Part shown: positions 14,919 to 34,253 of the stretch, in pieces | How the letters are laid out: each line of letters begins with the position of its first letter | Numbering within the stretch: position 1 is the stretch's first letter | From: Eledone cirrhosa | Taxonomy: Eukaryota | Assembly: GCA_964016885.1 (NCBI GenBank) | Contig: OZ024740.1 | Coordinates: forward strand, 68,076,001 to 68,140,000 | DNA: 64,000 nt | Direction of reading: 5' to 3' | Notes under the pieces: generated by a model | What the model was told of the DNA's origin: nothing | Database searches by the model: none | What the model saw: only the letters and a program-made list of their open reading frames with translations | Position numbers and translations under genes: made by a program

Positions 14919-15296
14919 AACTATATATATATGTGTTTGTCTATATTGTATCTGTATTATTTTTGACCGCCGGTCAGTCAATGGCAACATTGAGGACCGA
15001 GTAAGTTAGATCGCAGATATATATATATAAAAGACAGCGAGAAGCGAAAACCAACCAAACAGTGAGTGTGTTCTGTTATTAATTCTGGCAATATTACGCA
15101 AATATGACCCTCCCGAAATATAACAATATCTGTTTCGACACACGATTTCATATAAAAAACCTCGCAAAACTAATTCATCGCCGCTATATATATATATATA
15201 TATATATATGGAAAGTTATATTTAAATTGTTGTGTTACAACTAGTAAATATTTATAACTGATATAAAAGCACTCGACAAATATTTGGAGTATATTT

Positions 15297-15535
15297 ACAA
15301 TATTAAATAAATGGAAACTATATTTATAAAACCATATTTATTTCATTATATATATTTCAGGGATAACATATTAACAATATGCTATGCCGTTATTTTTATC
15401 TAAAGACATTTTTTCCAATTCCAAATCTATCTATCGTCCGAAACGGCATAGCATATTGTTAATATGTTATCCCTGAAATATATATAATGAAATAAATATG
15501 GTTTTATAAATATAGTTTCCATTTATTTAATATTG
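15297..15535. repeat. Fold-back, about 95-bp near-perfect inverted arms with about 45-bp spacer
   Basis: acaatattaaataaatggaaac...gctatgccgtt / aacggcatagc...gtttccatttatttaatattgt. Confidence 0.85.
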
Positions 15536-15701
15536 TATATATATATATATATATATACATATATATATGTATATATATATATATATATGCATATACATAT
15601 ATATACATATATATATATGTATATATATATATGTATACATATATATATGTGTATTTATATATGTATATATATGTATATGTATATATATGTATATGTATAT
15701 A

Positions 15702-15750
<49 letters not shown>

Positions 15751-15753
15751 GTG

Positions 15754-15785
<32 letters not shown>

Positions 15786-15794
15786 ATATATATA

Positions 15795-15836
<42 letters not shown>

Positions 15837-15893
15837 TATATATATATACATATATATATACATATATATATATACATATACATATATATATAC

Positions 15894-15945
<52 letters not shown>

Positions 15946-17109
15946 ATGTGTTTGTGTGTGTGCATGTGTGTGTGTATATATACTATACACATGGTCACGC
16001 ATATATAGAAGGGTGTGTCATTAGTTATCCGCATAAAAAATTGCTGTCAGCAGTCATATTTTTTGTTATAGAAGTTATCAAATTCGTTACTATAGCGATT
16101 CAAAAGATGTTTGCAGTTTCCAAAATGATTTTGATTATGCAATGTTATATTTGGGGGGGAATACATCTTGGAAAAGATTTACGAAAGCTAAGCCTATTCT
16201 GGAACCAGATTCATTTTGCATGCTTTTCTATTCATCAACAGTCACTCATATCTTGAAATGAACCATTTTATTGTTCCGTGGTTATCCAGTTCCTTTTAAA
16301 GGCGTGATAATTTAGCGAACATCTATAATATATTTGAAGCTTAATTGTAGATAATCCTTAGATATAAATTACAGCTCCTATACTGTGCTGAATATGTTCG
16401 AGGAATTTTGTACAAAGAATTCGGATCAGTAATCGAGATTCTTTACTGTAAACAAAATTTGTAGTGTTTATAGCAGAAAATAATTTTGTACGTAGCTCGA
16501 GCCATGAGTGTATTTTAACCATAATGTAAAATAAATGTTAAATTAATGCTGTAACTCGCCCAGGAGTGGTGGTGAAAATAGAACATGGGTGTTTTGAGTT
16601 GATACTCGAAATCAAGGTCTACTATGCCCTATATTTTATCCTGTATATATTTTGTTTTATATTTTCTTAAGTTAGGGGTGCCTAAATTCCAATGGTATTT
16701 TAATTAATATCGAGACATTACATAGAGCAAAAGTAGTCTATGTCTGACGATACAAAAGTAGACAAAAAATGTGTTCGGGAAACTTCAAAGAACACACGAG
16801 CTGGTTCTGTGAACCATATCACAGTTATTGGTAATGTCGTAGTACGAGCTGAGGTGGTTGGCCACTCATAAGTCTCAGATAATATTATATGTCAAAAGTT
16901 ATTTTCATGGGGCAAGAAATACTGTTGTGTAACACATTCCTTACTTATTTCCAATGAAAATCCCTGACTACATTTTTGTAAATAATGATGAATTTGCCGG
17001 GATATACTCATTATTAATTTGGTGTTTCGCATATAAAGTAACAAAGTGTCTTATTTAATCTCTGATAATTATAAACAGTTACATTTTTAAAAAAAAATTA
17101 AATCCACAA

Positions 17110-17485
17110 CTTCTGGTTCGGCTATACAAAGTTGTAGATTTAATTTTTTTCTAAATAAGTTGTAGATTTAATTTTTTTCTTAAGTTGAATGATTTAAAGA
17201 TATTTCTCTTTTAGAAACTTTCTGTAGATTTAATTTTTTTCTAAATAAGTTCTAGAGTTTTTTTTTTTTCTGAATTGAATGATTTAAATATATTTCTCTT
17301 TTAGAAAGTTTCTGTTATTGTTTTAGTATGTTTCTGATATTTCTCTTTTAGCGAGTTTCTGATATTTCTCTTTTAGCAAGTCTGTAGATTTAATTTTTTT
17401 CTAAATAAGTCGTAGATTTAATTTTTTTCCTAAATTTAATGATTTAAAGATATTTCTCTTTTAGCAGTTTTTGTTATTGTTTTTT
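17110..17485. repeat. Degenerate AT-rich minisatellite
   Basis: Repeats of tgtagatttaattttttttctaaataagt and gatatttctcttttag. Confidence 0.75.
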
Positions 17486-17874
17486 TCCGGTCATTTGACG
17501 AACTGCAATTCTCTTTTTCTATATAATTGTTAGAACATTCTTGTCGAGCCAACATTCAAAATGAATATGCTTAGCTGAGAAGATCTAATAAGATCGAACT
17601 ATATCCGTTACTTTCACCAACTTGGCTTGTAATAAACGGCAACGTCCACTGCATTTTCTCGAAAAGGTTTAATCAGTCAGATTATAGGAATTTTAGCCTT
17701 GCGTGCTTTCATAACCGAATCACACAAAAATGAGTTTCGGTCGTGAAATTGCAAAATCACGATTCATTGGAGTATTTCCTCACTCAACACATTTAGATAG
17801 AGTGACTCTATTTGCCTGTGCATCGTTAACCACAGCGCTCGCTTCTGGCATTTTTGTCCTTCTCTCTTTCACAT

Positions 17875-17921
<47 letters not shown>

Positions 17922-18716
17922 CATACATTTATATACCTTACACATATACATGCTCAATCATACTTACAAAATCTCCTCATAGAAATATATACATCTACAG
18001 CCATATGTATTCATGTATGTGGGACTAAATCTGTAATGTTGTGACTCTGTTACTGGCGTGATATCTTTTGTGTGTCTGTATGTAAATGTGTGTGTAAGCA
18101 TGATACGGAACGGTTAAACGACAAAAAAAAAGGAAAGAAAGAAAATATAGAAGAGACAGATAAGAAAATAGGAAGAGGGGGAAAAATTGATACATGTAGT
18201 CGGTGTATTCATGTCTTATATGGTATGTGATTACGTAGATACATAAATGTGTCATAATTACAGGAAACAGACATACACGTATAAATAGAGTGACATATAG
18301 ATAGATAGAAAGATAGATAGATAGATAGTTAGATAGGCAGATATATAGATAGATAGACAGATATATATATATATATATATGTATGTATTTATATATAGAT
18401 CGATAGGTAGCTAGATAAATAGATATATACGTACATACACACATGTATACATACATACATGCATACATATATACATACAAACATACATAGATACATACGT
18501 ACGTACGTCATAGATATATACATATGTGCACACTTACATACATAAATATTTACAGGCCTTCACGCATACACACATATATACCAAGATGCATGCATACAAA
18601 CCGTACATATACACACAATAAAACAGGGTTTTATATGTACCCGTAAAAAAACATTGCAATTTGTTCTTGGTCGCAACCATGTGGAATGTAATCTACGTCA
18701 AAGTTATATACACACG

Positions 18717-18759
<43 letters not shown>

Positions 18760-18764
18760 GTGTG

Positions 18765-18806
<42 letters not shown>

Positions 18807-18848
18807 CATAATACATATACATATATATATATACATGTACACACATAC

Positions 18849-18910
<62 letters not shown>

Positions 18911-19374
18911 GTGTATGTATATGAAGCGAGTCAAAAACAGTGCGGGTAGGGATGGGAGAGAGTAATGTCAGCGTATTCAACGTCGTTGTGTGTGTAAACA
19001 AACCCGAACCCTCAGTGTATGAAGCGTCACAGCGGCTCCTGTTTGCTTTAACGGACTACCCGCTGATGGCATCCCTGGCTGCAAATGTTCCTTTAGTCGA
19101 AAAGAAGAAAGGGGTATCGCTGTGGTTGTGTGTCTTGTTAAAGTAACACAGCATAAAAATACTTACGCACACGCATACGAGCACGTAGACATGTGCGCGC
19201 CCACTCAAATACACTCTTATACAGAGATAAAAAAAGAGACGGAGGTATCTCATACATACTCCTATACACACATACATACATAAACAGACAAACAAAGACA
19301 CAAGCACGCAGAATCACACATTTAAGTACATACATATATACATATATATGTGTGTGTGAGCGTGTGTGTGTAGA

Positions 19375-20577
<1,203 letters not shown>

Positions 20578-21754
20578 GACCTACACACACACAAACGAAA
20601 CGAAACGAAACTTCCGAAATAATAAATCACAAAAGCAAAGAGCATTAACTGTAGCAAAAAACATTAAAACAAAAATAAAAATAAAATAACGAACAAACAT
20701 AAACACCATAGCAAGACACAATAACAAAAGAACACAAAATACAACAGAAACAACTAGAAAACTGCCATGAACAAACAAACAAGTAAATAAGTAAAACAGA
20801 ACCACAACCTCACGACATAACTTGCCTCGAAATCATTATTATATTAACTGCGTAGTTATTTTCTTTTCCGTTAAAGCAGAAGCATAGCAGTTATAGAACC
20901 ACCCCACTACTACTACATACCCCAGGGTAGGGGTTAAATTGTAAAAGTTGCCATTGTATGTTTGACGTTATATAGATGTAGTAGTAAGACCTTTAAGAAA
21001 ACATTTCATCATATTTCTTTTGCTTCGTTTGGCTTTTATCAAAATCCATATGTGATCTTGTCGCATGTCAAAATCCAGATGTTTCCTAAAACTCGGAGCC
21101 ATTGTTTGAACGTAGGTTATTTTTATATAATAAAACAAACAATAAATACGCTTTTGCCTGCGACTTTGGTATATAACAACGAAGAAAACATCGTGGAACT
21201 TAAAGACATGCCGATACAGCAACTGGATTTCAAATCCTCTCAGTTCCAGTTTTCCTCATATTATCCTCAGTCTTTCATAATAGTGTCGCTGAGGAAATGA
21301 AGAAGCATGGCTATCGGAATGTCTTGGTTTTTTAGCGTGGCCCTTCGTTTCGGATTGATCCAGCCCGCGAAACTAACGTAAAGAAGCAAAGTACGCAATG
21401 CTGGTTACTTAGTCGTATTAAGTGTGTCACTCTACTTAATGTGTTATGTGTGTAAGTAATTGATAGAGAAATTGTATTATCGTTATTGATAACAATATTT
21501 ATTAAAATAAACTGATGTATTAAAGGCTAATCGTATACTGCCAGTTGTTTTACTCTCATGAAACATGTCTACGCTTCGGCCATGTACACTCCAAAAGACT
21601 AACTTTTAAGTAAATCTGAGGTTAACTTTTCAGTAAATCTGAGTGTTAACGTATTTATTAAAAGAACCATGGCAGATCTAAATATGCAATGGTAAATCGG
21701 TAATAAAATCTGGATTAGTTATGAGTAATATTGTTTTAATAACTGTTTCTACTT

Positions 21755-21932
21755 TTGGGACAAGGCCATCAAATCCCCAGTGTATTACTGGTACTTTATT
21801 TTATCGACCCCTTAAGGATGAAAGGCAAAGTTAACCTCGGCGGGATTTGAACTCAGAATGGCAAGGACCGTAACTCTATGCGTCAAAGCATGGCGTCCGA
21901 CCCTCTACCGATACTGCCTGCCAATCCACCAC
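21755..21932 (-). mobile_element. tRNA-derived SINE (same family as 5080-5735)
   Basis: rc tggcaggcagtatcggtagag...gagttcaaatcccgccgaggttaactttgcctttcatcc. Confidence 0.8.
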
Positions 21933-24900
21933 TTTCTTGTTTTAATATATTGTTTTAATAATGTAAGTAAATACAGTATACAACTGCATAAGAATTTAGC
22001 TCTTAATATGACCCCATCAATGACCTATTGCTGACTTCACGGTGTCTTGTGGAAGTTGTCATACAAACTCGACAAGTAAAGATTAGCATTGAACATTACT
22101 TGCGTTAGAAAATGAAAAGTCACTTAAATAATTAATTATTTAAATAATTTTAAATTAAGACTAGATTTGTGTATCAGAGGAGGGAAAATTGTAAGTAAAG
22201 ATTTATACTTCACCAGGAACGACTTATCGCTTAGTATATAATAATATACTGTTTCTTTTTAAATATGAATAGGCATAACGCCAATCCCTTTGTGTAAGTA
22301 GTGTACGGTAACTTGAAACATGGCCTAGAACATGTTTCCTGTCTATTTTATCAACATTGAGGAGGTGAAAGGATAAATTAATCCTAGATAAGTTCGAAGT
22401 CAGATTGTAGATACCCGAAACTAAATACTGTAAGACATTTAGTCCGAAATGCTCCTCCTCTGCCAATTCGTTGGTATTGTACCAAAGACAGAAATCAATA
22501 TTAAAGTATCAAAAAATGTCTTATCTCCATCCTTTAAAACTGAAAGTTAATCTCTTTACAATCAATAGAGATTGAGAGGTACAGCTTGTTTCTATTAAGC
22601 AACCAGTTTATGATTGTCGAACTTTCCCTGAAAAGTCGATTACTAATCCTTCTTCTTATCAACATGAACTGAGACTATGCAAATTTAAGTCTTTATGAAA
22701 GAGAATATCGCGCAGCAGTCAATGTGATATAACAACGAAATTCCTATAACACGTTTTTACATTTACATGATAACAAAATCACTTGAAAAAACTACGAAGA
22801 AATTGGTAGGCTAAACTTAGATCCTATAATATACCGTCTAGTTGGTAGTTTAAATTCTAAAAAAAAACAACAACCCAATATTAATATGTAAATAGGTTAG
22901 TCGAATGTGCTACACAGTGTACGTTAATATGGTGGGTTCTCCATCGATATCGACGATGAATATTCAGTTGTTCACTTGACTGAATGCCCAATTCGTAAAT
23001 TAACATGTAAGTTGTTCAATATTCCCGAAACACGTGTATTTTAATGCCATTCCTAAACCGCATCAACATGATCGATTCAAGAAGATTTTAAAACGTTTCT
23101 CTCCACGTGTTTACACTCACAAGACTTTGGTTAACTCAGAGATACAGTAGCGGCACTTGCCCATAATACTATATTGTGGGTGTCGAGACAAGTTCCTCGT
23201 GATTGGGACGTGAACTTCTTAACTAATCAACCATGCCTAGTAAAATAGGCTATAAAAGTGATTGTTTACGTATCATTCCATACGTTGTGAGAGATGTAGA
23301 CATTTTCTGAAGGAGATTCTTACAATAACCGAAACTCGGGTGAAGTTTTCATCGTATTGGTCGACAGAAAAAAATCGTTAATACGATATGTTGACGTATA
23401 TGTGTTTTTACAAATCTTCTCTTAAATACTGTATTGTTTCTGTACAAACACTATTTTATAGTACTCAGTTATTAATGCAAACATTAATTTCATAAATAGA
23501 ATAATATTTCTACAAAATATAATGTTCAGTTTGTAAAACAAAGATATTTGTACAAAATTATAATAGGTTGGTAAATTTGCCAGTATAAAAGAATATTGAG
23601 TGATACCAATTTATGAATCCTTGATCCTCAAAGTGAGAAACTTTTGGGGAGAGGAAGTTCGGAAGAATGAAAGGCACGATTGACTTGAGTCGGATTTGAG
23701 ATCAAATTGCTTTTCTTCCGAATAACAATAATTTCTTAATTAGCAATAATGATTCAATGTAAATGGTGATAATACATAATTCAGAGGACTACAGAATGAA
23801 GGTCGGGGATATATTGATATAAAATCCGTTTAAAATGAAAAAGAAAATTAAAAACATATAATAACACAAAAATACCAACAAAATAAAGACATAGATGACA
23901 GCTAGGAAGGATAAAACAAGGAGTTTCTCATATCTATGGTAATATTAGTCACTAAGGACACGTGACCAACCTCTACTATTGTTTTGGCATGGCACCGTAT
24001 GCTATGATTCGACATATTTAAGGACATTTTCATTTAGTTCTTTGTTCCAGCTCACTATATTCTGAGTTCAAATCCTACTAAAATCAACAGCGCATTTTAT
24101 TCTTCGTGTTCAATACATACGATCTCATCCAAGGAAGGTTACAGTGTACAAGAGAAATTTATGTTACATCTTACATGGCACTGTAAGTTCTGGATTCAAA
24201 TGCTGCTTCCGTATGCTAAGAGTTTCGACCAGCATAGGAAGGATACCCATTGGAAAGACCAATGGAAATGTTGTTTCCTTGAACCTGTTCTGATGGCACA
24301 TTTCCTTTTTATTTTTAATATCAGACGTGCACTTAGCTGAAGAAAGTCCCGATTCAGTAAATTATTTCTGCAAGTTCTCGAAATGATTTTCATTCTAATT
24401 TTAAGCACAGACTAATTATCCAGTCTAACTGTTTGACAATGGAGGTGAATTTATATTAATAACCAGATGGGAAGTTTATTTCTAACTAATTTTATCTAAA
24501 CTGATAATCTCTCATTTTAAACAAATATATTCCTTTATAATTAAAATGTGTTCGTTTAAAGCAAGTTTACTTTATTTAATTGTGAATAATGTTATGTCAT
24601 AACGAAAAACATAAACATAAATAAATAAAAGGGAAATGAGTAGGAGGCCGACACTACCTCTTTCGCTGGACGGAATTGATGATGAATACGTTTCCAATAA
24701 AAAGAGCCAGTGATACCAGCTGCACCGGACGTTTCCCTCGTGAGATTTCTCCTTTGCTCATCATGCACTCGTCTTATCTTAGTTAACATAGGAATTACTC
24801 TTAATATTGATTTATACTATCTATATCAGTTGTTTCTACTTGGTGTGTCTCATAGATGGAACAGCGTCTATGAGCTTCACAAGTCCTCGATGACAGATTG

Positions 24901-25477
24901 AGATTAGTCATGTTCCGCGAGAATCGTTGCAAATCCACTCCTTCTGAACAGATATGATCGAGAAGTGACTTCACGAATGCTGCCGTTTATAAAGGAAGGA
25001 AAAATCGTAGGGCTACGTGTGGGGTACAACTTAAAAATGAAAGGGGAGGAGTCAAGTGAATACAGAATTTCTGAGTAGACGTGTCATAAGACCAGTAAAT
25101 CCCAAGGAGCTGACACCACAGTAGTAGCGATGAAAAAGTTAGAGAAAGGAGGCAATACGTGTTATAATACTTAGAATAATTACCCCTCACCCCCACAGAG
25201 ACTGAACCAAATTTAAGACTAGTGGGAGAAAAATGTATACGTAAATCTTTGGATGTATGTAAATATATGTATACAATTTTTGCTTTCTCTGCACCACCAT
25301 AACAATGCATATTCTCAACAAAATATTAATATTCAATCACGCAGTATTCCGATATATAATGAGAAGAGTTAAACAACAAAGATCCCTAAAGACAACGGAA
25401 TATTATTCTGACTAAACAAAAGCAATGATTCCTTCAGTTCCTAACAGTCACCCATCACTGTATAATTATTGTAGGCC

Positions 25478-25615
25478 CGTCAGTGGTTAAAACCTTGCCT
25501 TACAATTATTAGGTTTTATCCTACAACGTGACATTTTGTGCAAGTGTTTTTCCCATAGACTAGGGTTAACCATAGCCTTGTGAATGAAATTAAATCGACA
25601 GAGCCTGTGTGAAAG
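25478..25615 (+). mobile_element. Decayed tRNA-derived (CORE-like) SINE
   Basis: cagtggttaa...gtgacattttgtgcaagtgtttttcccatag...gccttgtgaatgaa. Confidence 0.45.
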
Positions 25616-26924
25616 CCCTTTCGGTGGATTATATATCTAATTCAAACGACAAGCTCTGTCACACACTTTGTCCCTGTAATTATAACCGAGAATTACTCGT
25701 TTCTATGACATACTAGTTCCACGTTAATTCATGAATTTGAAGAACGTTTGACAGATAAACTAGATTCACGTTCCTCGCCGAAACTGGCGAAGGATCAATC
25801 ATAATAGATGCATTTATCGCTGAAAATTTCACCATTTCATCTATCTTACCTAATATTTACTTGAGTTGTGTTTAATTCTTAACTTCTTGTAACATTGAAA
25901 CCGCATTAGTTATATATTCTTGAAAAGTATAATACATCAGTGACATTACATCCCATTAAAAATCGAAAGCTTTACTCTAGCACTGCAAATTTTAACTGAA
26001 AGTCTTTGATGAGAGGAAGTAAGTCAAAACAAATGCAAAGTGTAGTTTAAAAGTCTCGGTACACAATGAAATTCAATCTGTAGTTTTGATAATAACTGAA
26101 CATGATTATGCAATGATCACAAAGGAACAATTGATCACATCATTTCTGATTGCGTAATCTTGGCCAATAAAGAGTCAACTGGCAGACACGAAGAGGTAAT
26201 AAAATATCTCCATTATACTACCTGCCAACATTAATAACATCAATTTTCTATGTAGGACGATGTTTTATCTATTTATTTGTTTTATATTTATTTCACTTAT
26301 ACCTTATCGGTTTCCTATTTATTCCTTATCTGGACACACCCTACATATCATTTTGGCCTCTACTATATATTTCATTCTTATAAAACTTCCCAAATTTTGT
26401 TTTTGATGATGAACTGTGAGATAGATATCATTTGTCGAGGCGAATAATAGAGACTAGCCTAATTGCTTTTGATTAGTCAATATATCGATATTATCAGGAT
26501 TCATCTCACCCTTTAACCCGACCGTAAGCGATTAGATAAACTAAGGATTCAACCCTGTAATTGAGTTCTCATTGTCGAAACTATATATCAAAGATTATAT
26601 TGGAAATTGTTATCTCCCTGTACGGACCAAACTAAAGATAGGCTTGCATCTGAAATGTCCTTTTCTAAGACACAAGAACAGGCAAGGCTTTTTGTGGCAG
26701 ACAAATAGTTTCTTCAACGATTCTTTAAAACCGATGCTGCCCAAAGAAAGACAAAGACCGAGACAGCTTGGCACTCATGTAGTCGGAATTCATGTTCCCC
26801 CGTATGCGTGAAATAAATTGTCTTGTCCAGGAATTAAACTAGAAAAATACATGACACCAACATTCTACCCACTAAACCACACACTATTTTACTTTCATAA
26901 TAAGGTGGTATTTTAAGGCAGAGT

Positions 26925-27040
26925 AGTTAGAGAATCGGATATGTGTTCATGGATTATGTGTCCTAATATCAATCCTCGTTGAGATCCCATTGCCTTTCAT
27001 TTTTCCGGGTCGATAAAGAAGGTACCAGACCAATGCTGGA
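26925..27040 (+). mobile_element. Decayed SINE copy (5080-5735 family)
   Basis: ttgcctttcatttttccgggtcgataaagaaggtaccag. Confidence 0.55.
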
Positions 27041-27813
27041 GCAGTCACCACTTCTAGCTCTCACTTCATGAATGTTCAGCTACCACTCTGCTATGTGAGT
27101 ATTGACAGAGTATCTGCGTTCGTTTATAGCTGTATAGACACCTATAACCTTACCGAAAACAGGGTACATACTATCAATTCGTCCTCGATGGCAAGTTACG
27201 GCTGTAAATATTAGTTACATTCATAATAAAAGCAAATAGAAACAAATAGTTGCATCAAAATTTTGCTGTTGGGATGTAAAATATTTTAACAGCTCGTGAT
27301 ATGTTTTGAAATACTTTAATTAAAGAAACAGCATGAAAAGTACTGAAAAATCAATTTAAAGATTTAGGCTGTCAGAGGAATATATATATTGACATTATAA
27401 TATTTTAGGTCGATTTATTTCTAAAAAAAGAAGAAAAAATTGTCTATGTATAGCATAGGGTGTCAAAAATTAGAGCGCAAAGAAAAGCCTGCAGAGAAAG
27501 TAAGTGAAAATGTTAATTAAACTAGTGTTCAGAATAGATAATGAGAAGCTGGTATCAGATAAAGTATAATATTTCATGCTTTATTATGATTTTAGAGTTC
27601 AAATTCTATTATTTTGAAAACGTTATATACACAATATAACAACCTCCCACACATCGGCGGACATACTCATAAACCTACACGCACACACACACAAACACAT
27701 ATCTATCGTGTGAGGTGTGAGGCAGAAATAAATGACTAAATTTATGGATAATCTCAGTATTTTCAAATGGGTGACACTATTATTAATTTATATATATATA
27801 TATATAGTATTTG

Positions 27814-27887
<74 letters not shown>

Positions 27888-27931
27888 AATATTTGTAATA
27901 TATATATATATTTATTAAAATAACAGATTAA

Positions 27932-27982
27932 AGTTTAAGCAAAGAAACGATGCTTTCACCCTTAACGGGATCTTCTAAAACT
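27932..27982 (-). ncRNA. Hammerhead ribozyme family E (decayed; further copies at 29501-29543 +, 37861-37906 -, 37935-37965 +, 44628-44666 +)
   Basis: Consensus AGUUU C(A/C)GAAGA U CCC-GUUAA-GGG U GAAA GCAG-CGAUUCU-UUGC UU AAACU. Confidence 0.65.
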
Positions 27983-27999
27983 AATATATATATATATAT

Positions 28000-28646
<647 letters not shown>

Positions 28647-28878
28647 TATATATATATACATATATATATATGTATATATATATGTCTATATATATATATA
28701 TATTTATGCATAATCTATCCCGGGTTCAATCGGGGTAACCACAGTAGGTAAGGTACTCAATACAAAGCAGAGTATACCTGTTTAATATGATTAATATGTT
28801 TATATTTATGCATATAAATATATGTAGATGCACACACACACATAACCCCTATGTGTATGTGTATATATATATGTGTGC

Positions 28879-28935
<57 letters not shown>

Positions 28936-29299
28936 GGGGGGGGGGGGTGTTTGTGTGTGTCTATGAATATGTGTGCATGAATATATTTAGTAGGATGAAA
29001 ACATACATGGCATTACGAATTGCCACCTCAGGCAAAAAAGGTTAAAATATAGAGAAACATAATCGTTGTTTTCATAAGATGGAGTAACATTTCTAGAAAG
29101 TTCAATTAATTAACTGTGTTATTTCGCTTTTATATTTTAGCCACGAAAACGGAGATTTCTCAATGAAGCACATTGATAATGTCTCTTAATGGAAGATATT
29201 CAAATATGTGCGACTCTAATTTCATGGATAGTTACGTATGTATTCAACAGATATATATAGATATGTACATAAAGTACAAATACAGAAATTCACTCAGAT

Positions 29300-29349
<50 letters not shown>

Positions 29350-29571
29350 ATAATAATAAATGTGCAGACTAAAACCGAAAGAAGGCTCGATAAGGATAAA
29401 TATATATCAAATGTATATGAACCCTAGAGCCAATATTTATTAAAATAATATTAAAATATAAGCAAAGAATCGATATGAATTGATTTTTTAGTTTTCTTCT
29501 AGTTTCCGAAGATCCCGTTAAGCAGCGATTCTTTGCTTAAACTTTAATCTGTTATTTTAATAAATTAATAC

Positions 29572-29694
<123 letters not shown>

Positions 29695-29788
29695 TTAGTT
29701 AAGAAAAACAAGACCACAAACTTCACAAGGAAGACATTATTAAAAGATTGTCAACATATTTTAGTTTGATGTAAGGAATGTAGAGAAT

Positions 29789-29910
29789 AATTACAATTGT
29801 TTCGCTACTCCATATAATATTTCTGGATCAGATGACTATATATCATAATTGATCTGGTTCAGTTGAAAATAATTAACATATTTAAAAAAACAGAGTGGCT
29901 CATCGGAACT
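29789..29910 (-). ncRNA. Hammerhead-like ribozyme family G (U4C, about 100-nt stem II region)
   Basis: rc GAGUU CCGAUGA GCCACUCUG...UGGAGUAGC GAAA CAAUUG UA AU; palindromic ACAAUUGU. Confidence 0.65.
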
Positions 29911-30247
29911 CAAAGGAATATAACTTAAAATAATGGGATAATGTTACATAATGTAATGTTCCATATATTGTTTTTTACTATGATGTCTTGGATGCATCAG
30001 CTGTCAGCCATAATCAAGCAGTATTCATCTGTCGAGGCTGCATTGTGTGAGATCTGCCTATGGGTAACAAGATGGCTGCCCATAGGCAGATGTTACCCTT
30101 AGGCAGATGTCACACAATGCAGCCTCGACAGATGAATACTGCTTGATTATGGCTGACAGCTGATGCAACCAAGACAACATAGTAAAACCAATATATGGAA
30201 CATTATATTATGTAACATTATCCCATTATTTTAAGTTATATTCCTTT

Positions 30248-30369
30248 GAGTTCCGATGAGCCACTCTGTTTTTTAAATATGTTAATTATTTTCAACTGAA
30301 CCAGATCAATTATGATATATAGTCATCTGATCCAGAAATATTATATGGAGTATCGAAACAATTGTAAAC
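30248..30369 (+). ncRNA. Hammerhead-like ribozyme family G, second copy
   Basis: GUU CCGAUGA GCCACUCUG...UGGAGUAUC GAAA CAAUUG UA AAC. Confidence 0.65.
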
Positions 30370-30671
30370 GGACATTATTATTATTAATATTCTCTACATT
30401 CCTTACATCAAACTAAAATATGTTGACAATCTTTTAATAATGTCTTCCTTGTGAAGTTTGTGGTCTTGTTTTGCTTAACTAATGAATATTTCCAGATGGT
30501 TGTCACTGAAATATATATAGCAGTAATAAACGAAGCTAAATTTTAATCATTTGACTTTTATTTAACTTTATTTTACACTACTCCAGAGTAACCAAACCAA
30601 CCTGCGCACTTCGTCGAGTGCTCCAGCCTGCATACTTAGGTGTTGGTATACAACCAACATAAATTCAAAAA

Positions 30672-30708
<37 letters not shown>

Positions 30709-30859
30709 CCAGTAAGAACCCGACGGCTGAGCTCAAGCCGTTTCGACGGCTAATTCTGGCGTCGGGGTCTTACTGGTTCCTATTACCCACTCTACTACCC
30801 TAAGTATTGAGTACTTTGGTGCGTTATGGTCCACCTGGTTCCTTACCACATCTCCTTCG

Positions 30860-30941
<82 letters not shown>

Positions 30942-31247
30942 TATGTATGTATGTTTCTCTGTGTGTGTGCCTGTCGGTATATATACATTTATTTATGTAG
31001 TATGTAAACATAACAACGCACATACATACATGCGCACATACATATATACAGAAATGAATACACACAGTTGTGTTGATGGAAAAATTCCTTGTAAGCAATA
31101 AGGTAAATGAATTTCTGTCTGACCTCATCAACATTCGTCGTCCACCGTCTGGTCTATGTTACTATCTCACAGACAGTCTTAACAATTTAATACAACTACA
31201 ATACATGCATACTTACATAACTACGTACATATTACATACATAAAACA

Positions 31248-34250
<3,003 letters not shown>

Positions 34251-34253
34251 AAA

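Larger units (their letters stand above)
11590..15130 (+). mobile_element. Near full-length Penelope-like element (RT + C-terminal GIY-YIG, 3' repeat with HHR) inserted at (TA)n
   Basis: ORF motifs as in the next feature; the 3' non-coding part is shared with the copy at 55080-55571; TA microsatellites on both sides. Confidence 0.92.

Noticed and set aside
16745-16790. CTGACGA plus a small hairpin (similar partial cores at 2011, 24338, 44148 and 44986)
   Set aside because: GAAA, stem III or stem I missing, so not called hammerheads
17110-17485. Repeat array superficially like CRISPR
   Set aside because: Eukaryotic context, degenerate tandem units without unique spacers, no cas genes
24175-24337. 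Possible minus-strand exon (ttcttcag acceptor, open frame, gtaag donor)
   Set aside because: No homology recognised and no partner exons; cannot be distinguished from chance
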